Part shown: in pieces, positions 1 to 8,955 of the stretch | Layout of the letters: the number at the start of each line of letters is the position of its first letter | Numbering within the stretch: the first letter of the stretch is position 1 | Assembly (NCBI GenBank): GCA_041398545.1 | Contig: JAWKUM010000016.1 | Span: 10,490-74,489 of the forward strand | Origin: Planctomycetota bacterium | Lineage (GTDB): Bacteria > Planctomycetota > UBA1135 > GCA-002748355 | DNA: 64,000 bases | Reading direction: 5' to 3' | Notes under the pieces: model-generated | Told to the model about the DNA's origin: nothing | What the model saw: the letters and a program-made list of their open reading frames with translations, nothing else | The model's database searches: none | Made by a program: the position numbers and the translations under genes

Positions 1-225
1 CAGGATGCCTTCCGCAACGGTTTCACGGGCCTGAGCACACACCCGGCACTCCCGGAGGATCGCGAGCGTCATGAGGAGCTCGTCGCGCTCCTGGCCGGGA
101 GGCTGAACATCGATCCATGCAGGGCGGTCCGCAAGCTCGGTACGTTCAGGACCAGGGACGATGCCGAGCCGGGTCCGGCTGGCACCATCCGGGACCTGGA
201 GGTCCGGTGGTCCGATCATGGATAG
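1..225 (+). CDS. 3' end of an unidentified protein-coding gene (partial, runs off the left edge)
   Basis: Frame 1 is open from base 1 to TAG at 223-225 (...FRNGFTGLSTHPALPEDRERHEELVALLAGRLNIDP...RDLEVRWSDHG*). It is absent from the ORF track because there is no Met in the window. No family recognised. Confidence 0.3.
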   Translation, partial: QDAFRNGFTGLSTHPALPEDRERHEELVALLAGRLNIDPCRAVRKLGTFRTRDDAEPGPAGTIRDLEVRWSDHG

Positions 226-408
226 ACATGGCAGCATCCGGAGCGGCATCCGGATGCCGGAAGTCGGGATCAGGGACCCGGGGGCCCGGTCCCTCGTCGA
301 CCTCGAGGTATGGCAGGGCGGGGGCGAAGCGAAGGTGGCGGTAGGGCTCCTGGACGGGACTGGAATGCGCCACCCGAGAGTGGCGCCACCTCGGTGGTGG
401 AGCATCCC

Positions 409-1362
409 ATGAAGATCACCCTCGACCTCGACCGGCTCCTGCAGGAAGGCCGGATCACCCGCGACGAGTACACCCGGCTGGAGGGCCTTGCCGCGCAGAC
501 GACCGCCGCCCTGGCGTTGAACGTCCTGATCGCGTTCGGCATCGTCGCCGTGGCGGGTGGGACCCTGGCGCTCCTCAGGTCGGCCGAGGTCGCGCTCGGG
601 CTGGGGGTCGCAACGGGTGGCGTCGGGATCTACCTCCACGAAGCCCGGGATCAGCGGTGGCGGCCCCTGGGGGTGATCCTCCTGCTGATCGGTGCGCTGA
701 CGACCGGGGGCGGCGTCGTCTGGCTCACGGAAGGGTCCACGGTCGGGTTCGCGATCCTCACCGTGGCCTTCGCGGGCGTTGCGCTGTTGGCGGACAGCGG
801 CCTCCTCGTCGCCCTCTCCGCGTTCGCGCTGCTCGCGCTGTTGGGTGGCATGACCGCATACCGTCACGCCGCGTACTTCCTGGGCGTCGAGCAACCGCTC
901 CTCACGATCGTGGTCTTCGGCCTCCTCGCCCTCGCCACGTATCGCGTTTCGCTGGTCGTGCCCGCGAACCGGGCACGACTCGCGAGCATCTTCGCCCGGA
1001 CGTCCATCCTGATCACAAACCTGGGGTTCTGGATCGGCTCCCTGTGGGGGGATCGGCTGTGGCAGGCAGGCGACAGCGACAATCCCTACGTGCGGGTCGC
1101 CGTGATCCCCGACTGGTCGTTCTCCATCGCCTGGGCGGTCGGTCTGATCGCGGCCGGGGTATGGGCCGCCCGGCGCAACCGCCGTTGGGTCGTCAACGTG
1201 GTCGCGACCTTCGGAGGCATCCACTTCTACACCCAGTACTTCGAGTGGCTCGGCGGGACCCCCGGCTCGATCCTCGCGGCAGGGATCGTGGCCCTCGGGA
1301 TCGCACTGGGTCTGATCAGGTACAACAATCCACGGGCGTCGGCGCCCCCCGAGGCCACGTAG
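409..1362 (+). CDS. polytopic integral membrane protein, family not recognised
   Basis: ORF 310-1362. The internal ATG at 409 (MKITLDLDRLLQEGRITRDEY...) is preferred because the 33 upstream codons are Arg/Gly filler. Many long hydrophobic segments follow (LALNVLIAFGIVAVAGG, LGVILLLIGALTTGGGVVW, and others). Confidence 0.7.
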   Translation: MKITLDLDRLLQEGRITRDEYTRLEGLAAQTTAALALNVLIAFGIVAVAGGTLALLRSAEVALGLGVATGGVGIYLHEARDQRWRPLGVILLLIGALTTGGGVVWLTEGSTVGFAILTVAFAGVALLADSGLLVALSAFALLALLGGMTAYRHAAYFLGVEQPLLTIVVFGLLALATYRVSLVVPANRARLASIFARTSILITNLGFWIGSLWGDRLWQAGDSDNPYVRVAVIPDWSFSIAWAVGLIAAGVWAARRNRRWVVNVVATFGGIHFYTQYFEWLGGTPGSILAAGIVALGIALGLIRYNNPRASAPPEAT

Positions 1363-1371
1363 TCCGGCTTC

Positions 1372-1830
1372 ATGACCGTGTCCGATCCCGCGAGCATCCA
1401 CCTGCGACCCGCGACCGATGAGGATCGCGCATTCCTGTTCCGGCTCCGGCGCGAGGCCATGCGGCCCCACGTGGAGCGGACCTGGGGTGGCTGGGACGAG
1501 GCCGACCAGCGGCGGCGCTTCGAGGAGACGAGCGACTTCGCGGCCCATGAGATCATCGAGGTCGGGGGCGAGGCGGTCGGCTGCCGGTGGGTGCGCGAGC
1601 TGCCGGATGCCTGGGAGCTGTGCCGGATCTATCTCCTGCCGGAGGTGCAGGGACGGGGGATCGGGACCCGGATCATCGACGACCTCTGCGAGGCCGCCGC
1701 CCGGCAGGATCTGCCGGTCCGCCTGCGGGTCCTGCGCGTCAACGAGGCCCAGCGGCTGTATCGTCGGCTCGGCTTCGAGGTCGTCGGGGAGACCGAGTTC
1801 CACGTCCTGATGGAGCGTCCGGTTCGGTGA
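1372..1830 (+). CDS. GNAT family N-acetyltransferase
   Basis: 152-aa ORF with an acetyl-CoA-binding region (VQGRGIGTRIIDDLCEAA...AQRLYRRLGFEVVGE) typical of the GNAT fold. Confidence 0.85.
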   Translation: MTVSDPASIHLRPATDEDRAFLFRLRREAMRPHVERTWGGWDEADQRRRFEETSDFAAHEIIEVGGEAVGCRWVRELPDAWELCRIYLLPEVQGRGIGTRIIDDLCEAAARQDLPVRLRVLRVNEAQRLYRRLGFEVVGETEFHVLMERPVR

Positions 1831-1865
1831 CCGCGAGCGGCCCGCTGGACCGTGGAGGACGTGAC

Positions 1866-2264
1866 ATGACCCGAGCAGGGCCCATCTCGCTGCGTGAGCG
1901 CTTCGCCGCGCTCCGCTTCCTCGCCGACCGGACGCCGGAGACAGACGCCGAGACCGGCGAGGGTGCGTTCGCCGAGCTCTCGCCGTGCAACGGGGGCGGC
2001 GTCTACATCGCCCACTTCGCCGGGAACAGCGAGTGGGAGCGGCACCGGAGCGGGGACGAGCCGGTCCTCGTCGTCGAAGGCGCCGCGACCCTCGTGCTCC
2101 TCGTCGACGGCGCCGAGGTCCACAACCGGCTCCGGGAGGGCGAGCTCCTCGTCGTCCCCAAGGGCACCTGGCACCGCTTCATCGTGCCCGAGGGCGTCAA
2201 GCTGCTGACGGTCACGCCGCAGCCCACGGACCACAGCGCGGGATCGCCGGACGATTCGGCATGA
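1866..2264 (+). CDS. cupin domain protein
   Basis: Tail of ORF 1587-2264 from ATG 1866 (MTRAGPISLRERF...). Cupin barrel motifs are present: GNSEWERHRSGDEPVLVVEG and GELLVVPKGTWHRF. Confidence 0.75.
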   Translation: MTRAGPISLRERFAALRFLADRTPETDAETGEGAFAELSPCNGGGVYIAHFAGNSEWERHRSGDEPVLVVEGAATLVLLVDGAEVHNRLREGELLVVPKGTWHRFIVPEGVKLLTVTPQPTDHSAGSPDDSA

Positions 2265-2341
2265 TGGATGCGTTCGCCCGTGAACGGGCACTCGCCTGAC
2301 AGGTCGCACCGAACCACGCTCACCGCACAATCGAGGTCAGC

Positions 2342-2728
2342 ATGAAACGAGTCACCGGCATCGGCGGAGTCTTCTTCAAGGCGCGGGACCCGGAGGCGCT
2401 CCGGGCCTGGTACGCGCGTCACCTCGGCATCGACGTCCAGGAGTGGGGTGGCGCCGTGTTCGCGTGGGCGGGCCCGGACGGCGAGCCGACCGGCGGATCG
2501 ACCGTGTGGTGCATCAGCCAGGACGGGGGCGACCAGTACGCGCCGAGCGAGGCCTCGTTCATGGTCAACTACCGGGTCGCGGACCTCGACGCGGTGGTCG
2601 CGGCCCTGAAGGCAGAGGGCTGCAACCTCCTCGACAAGCGCGACGACTCCGAGTTCGGCAAGTTCGCCTGGGTCATCGATCCGGAGGGCAACAAGGTCGA
2701 GCTGTGGCAGCCACCCGCCGGGCAGTGA
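2342..2728 (+). CDS. VOC family (glyoxalase/bleomycin-resistance fold) protein
   Basis: 128-aa ORF MKRVTGIGGVFFKARDPEALRAWYARHLGI...GKFAWVIDPEGNKVELWQ, the classic VOC pattern. Confidence 0.85.
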   Translation: MKRVTGIGGVFFKARDPEALRAWYARHLGIDVQEWGGAVFAWAGPDGEPTGGSTVWCISQDGGDQYAPSEASFMVNYRVADLDAVVAALKAEGCNLLDKRDDSEFGKFAWVIDPEGNKVELWQPPAGQ

Positions 2729-2795
2729 GCTAAGGTTCCGGGCTCGGAACTCCTCGGGCAGCGGGGACCTTTCACCAGCTAGCACCACGTGCCGC

Positions 2796-3209
2796 ATGAG
2801 TTATCCAATGCGCTTTGCGCCGGGGGAGGGGCCGCGACACATCCAGGTATTGATCGATCGGCTCCTGCCGCAGCTCGTTGCAGGACGGGACCCCGTATCC
2901 GAGGTGCTCCGAGATCAGTTGCGCAACGCAACGATCGGCGGGATCGAGCTCTCGGGCGCAGGTTTCTTCGTGGACATCGATGTGCCTCCCGACCTGCCCA
3001 CCGTCGCGCCGAGGAATATCACAGGAGGCAGTGCGGACATCGAGCTCGCTGGCGTCCCACATGGTGCCGGTTGCTTGCTCTTCGTCCGTGAGGGTCGGTT
3101 GTCGATGCTCGAGTGCTATACCTACGTGGGCGAGTGGACCGAGGACACCGAGGTCCTGTCCGTGAAGGACATCGTCCCGATCCGACCGACAGCTTCGGAG
3201 TCCACCTGA
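2796..3209 (+). CDS. hypothetical protein
   Basis: 137-aa ORF in a locally less GC-rich stretch, with coding-like composition (…VLRDQLRNATIGGIELSGAGFFVDIDV…LLFVREGRLSMLECYTY…). Family not confidently recognised. Confidence 0.55.
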   Translation: MSYPMRFAPGEGPRHIQVLIDRLLPQLVAGRDPVSEVLRDQLRNATIGGIELSGAGFFVDIDVPPDLPTVAPRNITGGSADIELAGVPHGAGCLLFVREGRLSMLECYTYVGEWTEDTEVLSVKDIVPIRPTASEST

Positions 3210-3235
3210 CCGGTCGATCCGTGAGGCCCGATCCA

Positions 3236-3817
3236 GTGAGTGCCGAGCCCGTCCTCGAGACCCCGCGCCTCGTCCTCCGGACGTTCATGGCCGGCGACGA
3301 GGAGGCGATGGCCGAGGTCCTGTGCGATCCCGAGGTCATGTGGTTCAGCATGGGGAGCTTGGCGCCCGGCGAGGTCGGGGCATGGCTCGAGGAGCGCGTC
3401 GAGCACGAGGCCCGGCACGGCTTCGGGCTCTGGGCCGTCTGCCTGGGGACGACCGGGGACGTCATCGGGTACTGCGGGCTCGCACGGCGACCCGAGGGGG
3501 CGGTCCACCCCGAGGTCGAGCTCGGCTTCCGCCTGGCGCGGAGGCGTTGGGCGCAGGGCTACGCGACGGAGGCGGCCAGCGCCGTCCTGGACCACGCGTT
3601 CACGTCCCTGGGCCTCGCCCGCGTCATCGCCCTGGTCGACCCCGCCAACGCTGCATCCGTCCGCGTCGTCGAGAAGCTCGGGATGCGGTACGAGGCGGAC
3701 GTGATGCTGCCCGGCTACGACCACCCGGACCGGCTGTACGCGGCCTCCCGACCACCTCGGCCCGGTTACACTCCAGCGTTGCCGAAGGATGGTGGTCCTG
3801 GTGAACCTCTTCCGTGA
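3236..3817 (+). CDS. GNAT family N-acetyltransferase (RimJ/RimL-like)
   Basis: Tail of ORF 3113-3817. Start is GTG 3236 (alternative GTG 3221). Motifs: LETPRLVLRTF, ARRRWAQGYATEAASAVLDHAF, VDPANAASVRVVEKLGMR. Confidence 0.8.
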   Translation: MSAEPVLETPRLVLRTFMAGDEEAMAEVLCDPEVMWFSMGSLAPGEVGAWLEERVEHEARHGFGLWAVCLGTTGDVIGYCGLARRPEGAVHPEVELGFRLARRRWAQGYATEAASAVLDHAFTSLGLARVIALVDPANAASVRVVEKLGMRYEADVMLPGYDHPDRLYAASRPPRPGYTPALPKDGGPGEPLP

Positions 3818-3873
3818 CGCAAGCAGTCGACGGATTGCCGTAAGGACCCGTATCGAGGCACTCACCGGCAAGC

Positions 3874-4521
3874 ATGAACGACCGCGAATCCAGGTTCCTG
3901 AAGATCCTCGGCATCGCGCTGGAATCATCATCGCGAGGTGCTGGTCTCTCGCTCCGCGACGCCATGGAGGAGGCTCGGTACGCCGAGCTGAGGGAGGGCT
4001 TCGACGCGGCCGATCTCATGCCGCTGATCCACGTACGACCGGAGCTCGTCGACCAATGGGTGCGATACAGCGAGGACAAGCGGACCAGCGGCGGGTGGTA
4101 CCTGACTCGTGACGGAAGGGTGGGGCAGGTATCCGATCTCGAGCGGTCGCTACGATTCGGGTCAGTCGAGCAGGCCGTGGCGGAGTACGTCATCCGGGAA
4201 CTGGACTTCTGGGCGAGGATCGGTCGCGAGGAAGGTCTCACATGCTCGAGATGCGGGAGCGAGCTACCGGACTTCGCCGAACTCCAGGATCCGGTGCGGA
4301 CCCTGGCAGCCAGGCTATGGCGGGATGGCGCCACGCCCTCGGCCATCCGGGTGTTGAGGTCGCAGGGCGACTACACTCTCCGCGAGGCCAAGGCCCTGCT
4401 CTACCACGTCACGCGCGAGCCGGGCACCTGCCACAGTTGCCGGAGGCCGATCGCGACCACCGGTGTAGGCACCTGCCCCAACTGCTCAGCGCTCGTGATC
4501 GACTGGTCGGGAGCGACCTGA
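3874..4521 (+). CDS. hypothetical protein with C-terminal zinc-ribbon-like CxxC pairs
   Basis: 215-aa ORF. CSRC, CHSC and CPNC pairs lie in the last ~90 aa, flanking an L7/L12-C-terminal-like segment (AIRVLRSQGDYTLREAKALL). Confidence 0.6.
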   Translation: MNDRESRFLKILGIALESSSRGAGLSLRDAMEEARYAELREGFDAADLMPLIHVRPELVDQWVRYSEDKRTSGGWYLTRDGRVGQVSDLERSLRFGSVEQAVAEYVIRELDFWARIGREEGLTCSRCGSELPDFAELQDPVRTLAARLWRDGATPSAIRVLRSQGDYTLREAKALLYHVTREPGTCHSCRRPIATTGVGTCPNCSALVIDWSGAT

Positions 4522-4831
4522 CGATCGGCGACCGGACCATGAGGAACCCCATCCGCAGGAACCGCAGGATCGGCAGGGCCCAGGGCCGTCGTACTTCGCC
4601 GCACGTCCGAGGAGGATGATCGGCGGGTGCTCGAGGCCCGCCGCTACCACCAGTACCACCTCTTCCTCCACGAGGTCGGGCGGAGGGGTTCGCGGAGAAC
4701 TTCGCGCTGGAGTGGGCCGACCGGTTCGGCGAGCTGCAGCCCAGCGTCGCGTATCGACCGATGTCCTGCGGGACTTCCAGCCTGGTCGGCCTGACCAGTT
4801 GCACGTGAGCAAGGCCCTCGACGGCCCTGGA

Positions 4832-5890
4832 TCAGCCCTCGAGCGCGGGGCGGATGACCGTGGCGGCACGAGTCGTTTCGGGCCAGCGCTCGGTCACGGC
4901 ATCGAGGCCGGTGACCACCTTGGACGTAACGGCAGGGCCGAGTCCGGCAAAGGCCTTGGCCGCCTGCTCGAGGTCGAGCGGCCTGTCCTCGGCCAGGACC
5001 TCCAACAGCAGCGCTGCCTGATGCAGGTCCTTGGTCGTCTTCGTGTGTTCGCTCGCAGCGCGGCGCCTGCTGACCATCAACTTGTGCAGCGCGTACCGTG
5101 CGGGGGCGGGAACGACGACCAGGGTCGCGGTCCGCCCCTCGATCGCGGTCACCGGCTGTGCGCCCTCGATGATCAGGGAGAGGTAGCGGATCGGCGCTGC
5201 CGAAGCGTTGAACCGAGGGATGAAGACGGGCTCCTTTTCGTTCTCGTTCCCTGGGGTGCAGAGGTCGACCCGAAGCTGCTTGCCCCTCACCCGGAACGAG
5301 GTGGACGGGTGGTTCGGGTCGAGTTGCGGCACGGGGACGAACCCCATCTCGAGGCTGTCCAGGGCCTGGGGCACATCCGTGTCCTGGTAGGGGACCGCGA
5401 GCCGGAGGTGTCCCGCGACATCGATGTCCTGCGTTCTCCACGCCGCTCCGGGCCACCTCACGCCGAGCATGTTGCCGAGCACCAGGAAACCGTACGAACC
5501 GATGAGGACACCACCGGCCCGGAACAGCCCCGCGTCCGCGAGCGCGCGGATCACACGGGCCGGACCGTGGGGGACCAGGGCCGCGCCGGCGGCGCCGAGG
5601 AGTCCCGCGAGCCTCGAGATCTGTTCGAGGTCTGCTTCCCGGAGCTGCCTTCGTTCCGCATAGCGCGCTGTCAGACTGTCGAGTGACCGGTCACGTGGAC
5701 CGACGGAGAACTGTCTCCTCACCCCTCCAGGGTCCGAGTATTGGAAGTAGACGTATTCCCTGCCCTTGATGATCTTGCTCGTGAACGATCCGGACAGGTG
5801 GGACCAGTCCCGTTCGGCCTCCTGGGTCAGGAGCAGGGCGAGCAGCTCCGCATAAAGGGTCTGGGCATCCTCGGGGAGTCGGTCGAACAT
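4832..5890 (-). CDS. nucleotidyltransferase-fold protein (GSU2403-like family; AbiEii-type toxin relatives)
   Basis: ORF 4832-5965. The internal ATG at 5890 (MFDRLPEDAQTLYAELL...) is preferred. Motifs recalled from this family: KIIKGREYVYFQYSDPGG.RRQFSVG, GGVLIGSYGFLVLGNMLGVRW, QDIDV. An alternative start at 5965 would translate through the palindrome. Confidence 0.65.
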   Translation of the reverse strand: MFDRLPEDAQTLYAELLALLLTQEAERDWSHLSGSFTSKIIKGREYVYFQYSDPGGVRRQFSVGPRDRSLDSLTARYAERRQLREADLEQISRLAGLLGAAGAALVPHGPARVIRALADAGLFRAGGVLIGSYGFLVLGNMLGVRWPGAAWRTQDIDVAGHLRLAVPYQDTDVPQALDSLEMGFVPVPQLDPNHPSTSFRVRGKQLRVDLCTPGNENEKEPVFIPRFNASAAPIRYLSLIIEGAQPVTAIEGRTATLVVVPAPARYALHKLMVSRRRAASEHTKTTKDLHQAALLLEVLAEDRPLDLEQAAKAFAGLGPAVTSKVVTGLDAVTERWPETTRAATVIRPALEG

Positions 5891-5926
5891 GGTTATACGC
5901 AGAATACCTTCATTCTGCGTATAACC
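5891..5926. promoter_or_regulatory. perfect 15-bp inverted repeat (GGTTATACGCAGAAT-N6-ATTCTGCGTATAACC), candidate operator
   Basis: Read directly: arms at 5891-5905 and 5912-5926 with spacer ACCTTC. It is AT-rich in a very GC-rich genome and starts 1 nt upstream of the ATG at 5890 on the minus strand. Confidence 0.6.
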
Positions 5927-5988
5927 AAGAGCCAACCCCGGGGCGCCCCGGATCGCCGGTATCACGGGACCTGGGTCTGCCCGCCCGC

Positions 5989-6909
5989 CTACCTGAGCCC
6001 GGGCGGCATCGAGAACACCATGTCCTCGCGGGGGCCGTCGAGGGCGAGGAGGTTGGCGGCGCCGCGGGCGCGGAGGAAGTCGACGACGCGCTGGACGCTG
6101 ACCTCGGGGGTCGAGGCGCCGGACGTGATGCCGATCGAGCGCCGGCCCTCGAGCCAGGCGGGGTCGATCTCCTCGGGGCCGAGCACGAGGTGGGACTCGA
6201 TGCCGCGCGTCTCGCCGAGCTCGCGCAGGCGGTTGGAGTTGGAGCTCGTCGGGTCGCCGATGACGAGGAGGAGGTCGACGTCGGCCGACAGGCGCTTGAC
6301 GGCGTCCTGGCGGTTCTGGGTCGCGTAGCAGATGTCGTCCTTGCGCGGGACGCGCAGGGCCGGGTAGCGCCGGCGCAGAACGTCCTGGACGACGCGGGCC
6401 TCGTCGACCGACAGCGTCGTCTGGGTCAGGACCGCGACCTTGTCCGGGTCGGGCACCTCGACGAGCTCGGCCTCGCGGGCGTTCTCGAGCACGATCGTGT
6501 GGTCGGGGGCCTCGCCGATGACGCCGTCGACCTCGACGTGGCTGCGGTGGCCGATCAGCAGGATCGTGTAGCCCTGCTCGGCCAGCCAGCGGGCCTCGAC
6601 GTGGACCTTGGTCACGAGCGGGCAGGTCGCGTCGACGACGCGGCAGCCGCGGTCCTCGGCCTGCTGCACGACCTGCGGCGGCACGCCGTGGGCCGAGAAC
6701 ACGAGCCAGGCGCCCTCGGGCACCGCGCCGACGTCGTCGACGAAGATCGCGCCCTTGGCCCGCAGGTCCTCGACGACGACGGCGTTGTGCACGATCTCGT
6801 GGCGCACGTAGATCGGCGCGCCGTAGCGCTCGAGGGCGCGCTCGACGATCTCGATCGCGCGCTCGACGCCGGCGCAGAAGCCGCGGGGGTTGGCCAGGTG
6901 GACGTCCAT
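5989..6909 (-). CDS. ispH: 4-hydroxy-3-methylbut-2-enyl diphosphate reductase
   Basis: Tail of ORF 5989-7032 from ATG 6909: MDVHLANPRGFCAGVERAIEIVERALERYGAPIYVRHEIVHN...ATCPLVTKVH...DDICYATQNRQDAV...SSNSNRL. Confidence 0.95.
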   Translation of the reverse strand: MDVHLANPRGFCAGVERAIEIVERALERYGAPIYVRHEIVHNAVVVEDLRAKGAIFVDDVGAVPEGAWLVFSAHGVPPQVVQQAEDRGCRVVDATCPLVTKVHVEARWLAEQGYTILLIGHRSHVEVDGVIGEAPDHTIVLENAREAELVEVPDPDKVAVLTQTTLSVDEARVVQDVLRRRYPALRVPRKDDICYATQNRQDAVKRLSADVDLLLVIGDPTSSNSNRLRELGETRGIESHLVLGPEEIDPAWLEGRRSIGITSGASTPEVSVQRVVDFLRARGAANLLALDGPREDMVFSMPPGLR

Positions 6910-6965
6910 CGGGGGATCCAGGGTAGGACGGGATCGGGCGGCCGCAAAGCGCGGGCGCCCCTCCC

Positions 6966-7496
6966 TCAGCCCTCCGCCGGCCCGCGCAGCGGCAGGCGCA
7001 TGTGGAGCTCGTCGACGACCCGCCCTTGCCACTGCACCGAGGCGGGCTCCCGGCCCCAGAGCACGAAGCCGGCCCGCTCGTACAGCCGCTGCGCCTCGGC
7101 GGCCGCCTCGGTCACGCTCAGGGTCACGACCTCGGCCTCGGGCCAGGTCCGGGCCCGGTCGATCGCCGCGTCCAGCAGCCGGCGCCCGAGGCCGAGCCCG
7201 CGCGCCGAGGGCCGCACGTACATGCCCCAGATGCCGGCCTTGTGCCGGAGCTTGGCCCGGGACCCGCGCATCAGCCCGGCCATGCCGACCGGCTCGCCGT
7301 CGACGAAGGCGCCGAAGGTCACGCGGTTGTCGACGTCGGCGAGCGCCTCGCGCACGAAGGCGAGGTCCTCGAGCCGGTCCTCGCCGACGGCCGAGCAGAA
7401 CGCCAGCGGGTGGGCCTCGAGGGCCTCGGCGCGCAGGGCGGCCAGGGCCTGGGCCTCGTCGGACCGGAACGGACGGACCTCGGGCTGGGGTGCCAT
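6966..7496 (-). CDS. GNAT family N-acetyltransferase
   Basis: 176-aa tail of ORF 6966-8321 from ATG 7496 (MAPQPEVRPFRSDEAQ...YVRPSARGLGLGRRLLDAAIDRAR...AQRLYERAGFVLWG). The start overlaps the upstream stop as ATGA. Confidence 0.85.
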   Translation of the reverse strand: MAPQPEVRPFRSDEAQALAALRAEALEAHPLAFCSAVGEDRLEDLAFVREALADVDNRVTFGAFVDGEPVGMAGLMRGSRAKLRHKAGIWGMYVRPSARGLGLGRRLLDAAIDRARTWPEAEVVTLSVTEAAAEAQRLYERAGFVLWGREPASVQWQGRVVDELHMRLPLRGPAEG

Positions 7497-8269
7497 CAGG
7501 GGCCCAGCTTGGCCGGCGATCCCGTCGCCGTCGACTCCTCCGAAGGCGAGACCAGCTCGACGTGGAGGTGGGGGCCGCTCGTCGGGCCGCTGAGCCCGAG
7601 CCGGCCGAGCAGGGCGCCGGCCCCGAGCTCCTGGTCGAGGCGGACCGGGATCGAGTCGCGCGCGAAGTGGGCGTAGCGCCACACGCGCCCGCGCCGGTCG
7701 CGGAGCCACAGCTCGTTGGCCTCGACCGACGGGCGGTCGGGCGCCTCCTCGGTCAGGGCCAGGACCCGGCACGCGAACGGCGCCCGGACCTCGACCCCGA
7801 GCGGGCTCGCCCCGTCGGGCAGGACCGGGACGAGGTCGAGGGCCAGGCGGCGCCCCGGCCGCCGGTGGTTGGGCGCGTGGAACCCGGCCGTGATCCGGAC
7901 CTCGTGGCCGCCGAGGTCGGGCAGGGGGAAGTCGAGGTCCGCGAGCTGCGGGCCGGCGCAGGTCGCGACCGCGAGCTCGAGGCGGTGCGCGAGGCTGCCG
8001 TCCGGGCGGCGGAGCTCGAGCCGGTCGCGGTCCTCGCCGGGGCCGAGCGAGCGCGCGAGCACGCAGAGGCCCTCGGGCGGGAGCCTGTGCCCAGCGACCA
8101 GCAGCGGCTCGTGGGCGCGCGACTGCAGCTCGACGAGGTAGTACGCGCGGCCGTCGGCCGCGCAGACCGGGACCGGGTCGGGCAGGACCCGCGCGACGAC
8201 CGGGCCGCCGCTGCGGCAGCCCGCGAGCGCGGCCAGCAGCAGGAGGGCGGGCCGTCCGGTGAGCGACAT
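7496..8269 (-). CDS. M23 family metallopeptidase, probable lipoprotein
   Basis: Tail of ORF 7496-8443 from ATG 8269. Signal peptide plus lipobox (MSLTGRPALLLLAALAGC). C-terminal M23 HxH motif (GPTSGPHLHVEL). Confidence 0.8.
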   Translation of the reverse strand: MSLTGRPALLLLAALAGCRSGGPVVARVLPDPVPVCAADGRAYYLVELQSRAHEPLLVAGHRLPPEGLCVLARSLGPGEDRDRLELRRPDGSLAHRLELAVATCAGPQLADLDFPLPDLGGHEVRITAGFHAPNHRRPGRRLALDLVPVLPDGASPLGVEVRAPFACRVLALTEEAPDRPSVEANELWLRDRRGRVWRYAHFARDSIPVRLDQELGAGALLGRLGLSGPTSGPHLHVELVSPSEESTATGSPAKLGP

Positions 8270-8351
8270 GCCGGCCCAGGATAGGGACGGCGGGCGTCCC
8301 TGGCTTCCGCCCGGTCCGCACCTAAGATCCCGGGGCCATCCGAGCGCGCGC

Positions 8352-8955
8352 ATGCCCCAGAGCTCCTCTCCGCATCCCCGCTGGGCCAAGGTCGTCGACC
8401 ACGAGGCCTGCATCGGCTGCCACGCCTGCAGCACGGCCTGCAAGTCCGAGAACGAGGTCCCGCTCTCGGTCCACCGGACCTACGTCAAGCAGGTCGAGGT
8501 CGGCACCTTCCCCGAGGTCCGGCGCAGCTTCCAGGTCACGCGCTGCAACCAGTGCGAGCGGCCGCCCTGCGTCTACATCTGCCCGACCGCGGCCATGCAC
8601 CAGCGCCGCGACGGCATCGTCGACTTCGACAAGTCGATCTGCATCGGCTGCAAGGCCTGCATGGCGGCCTGCCCGTACGACGCGATCTTCCTGAACCCCG
8701 ACGACCGCTCGGCCGAGAAGTGCAACTTCTGCGCGCACCGCCTCGTCGGGCTCGAGCCCGCCTGCGTCGTCGTCTGCCGGTCGAGGCCATCCGCGTCGGC
8801 GGCCTCGACGACCCGGACCAGCCGCATGCCAGGACATCAACCGCGGCGTCCAGGTCCGCCGGCCGAAGCGGGCGCGGCCCGGCTGTTCTACAAGGGCGCG
8901 CACCAGGCGACGCTCGACCCGCTGGCCGCGCGCCGCCCCGACGGCGGCCTGTACT
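8352..8955 (+). pseudogene. 4Fe-4S dicluster subunit of a DMSO-reductase-family (CISM) enzyme, frameshifted as assembled
   Basis: Starts at ATG 8352 (MPQSSSPHPRWAKVVDHEACIGCHACSTACK...CNQCERPPCVYICP...CIGCKACMAACP...CNFCAHRL...ACVVVC). The reading then jumps frames, with VEAIRVGGLDDPDQP in frame 2, DINRGVQVRRP in frame 1 and LFYKGAHQATLDPLAARRPDGGLY in frame 0. No Tat motif. The 3' boundary is approximate. Confidence 0.7.

Noticed and set aside
4522-4831. A possible gene remnant in the 310-nt gap, with fragments such as RRYHQYHLFLHEVGRRG and FAENFALEWADRFGELQP in adjacent frames, and the minus-strand ORFs 4409-4804 and 4486-4869.
   Set aside because: There is no start/stop structure and no recognisable family. 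The minus-strand ORFs are Arg/Pro/Gly-rich shadow frames. This is not enough to call a pseudogene without a database search.
5891-5965. The upstream ATG at 5965 as the nucleotidyltransferase start, as in the ORF track.
   Set aside because: It would translate the perfect palindrome and add 25 residues (MIPAIRGAPGLALGYTQNEGILRIT) with no resemblance to the family N-terminus. The ATG at 5890 gives a natural MFDRLPEDAQTLYAELL start. I keep 5965 only as an alternative.
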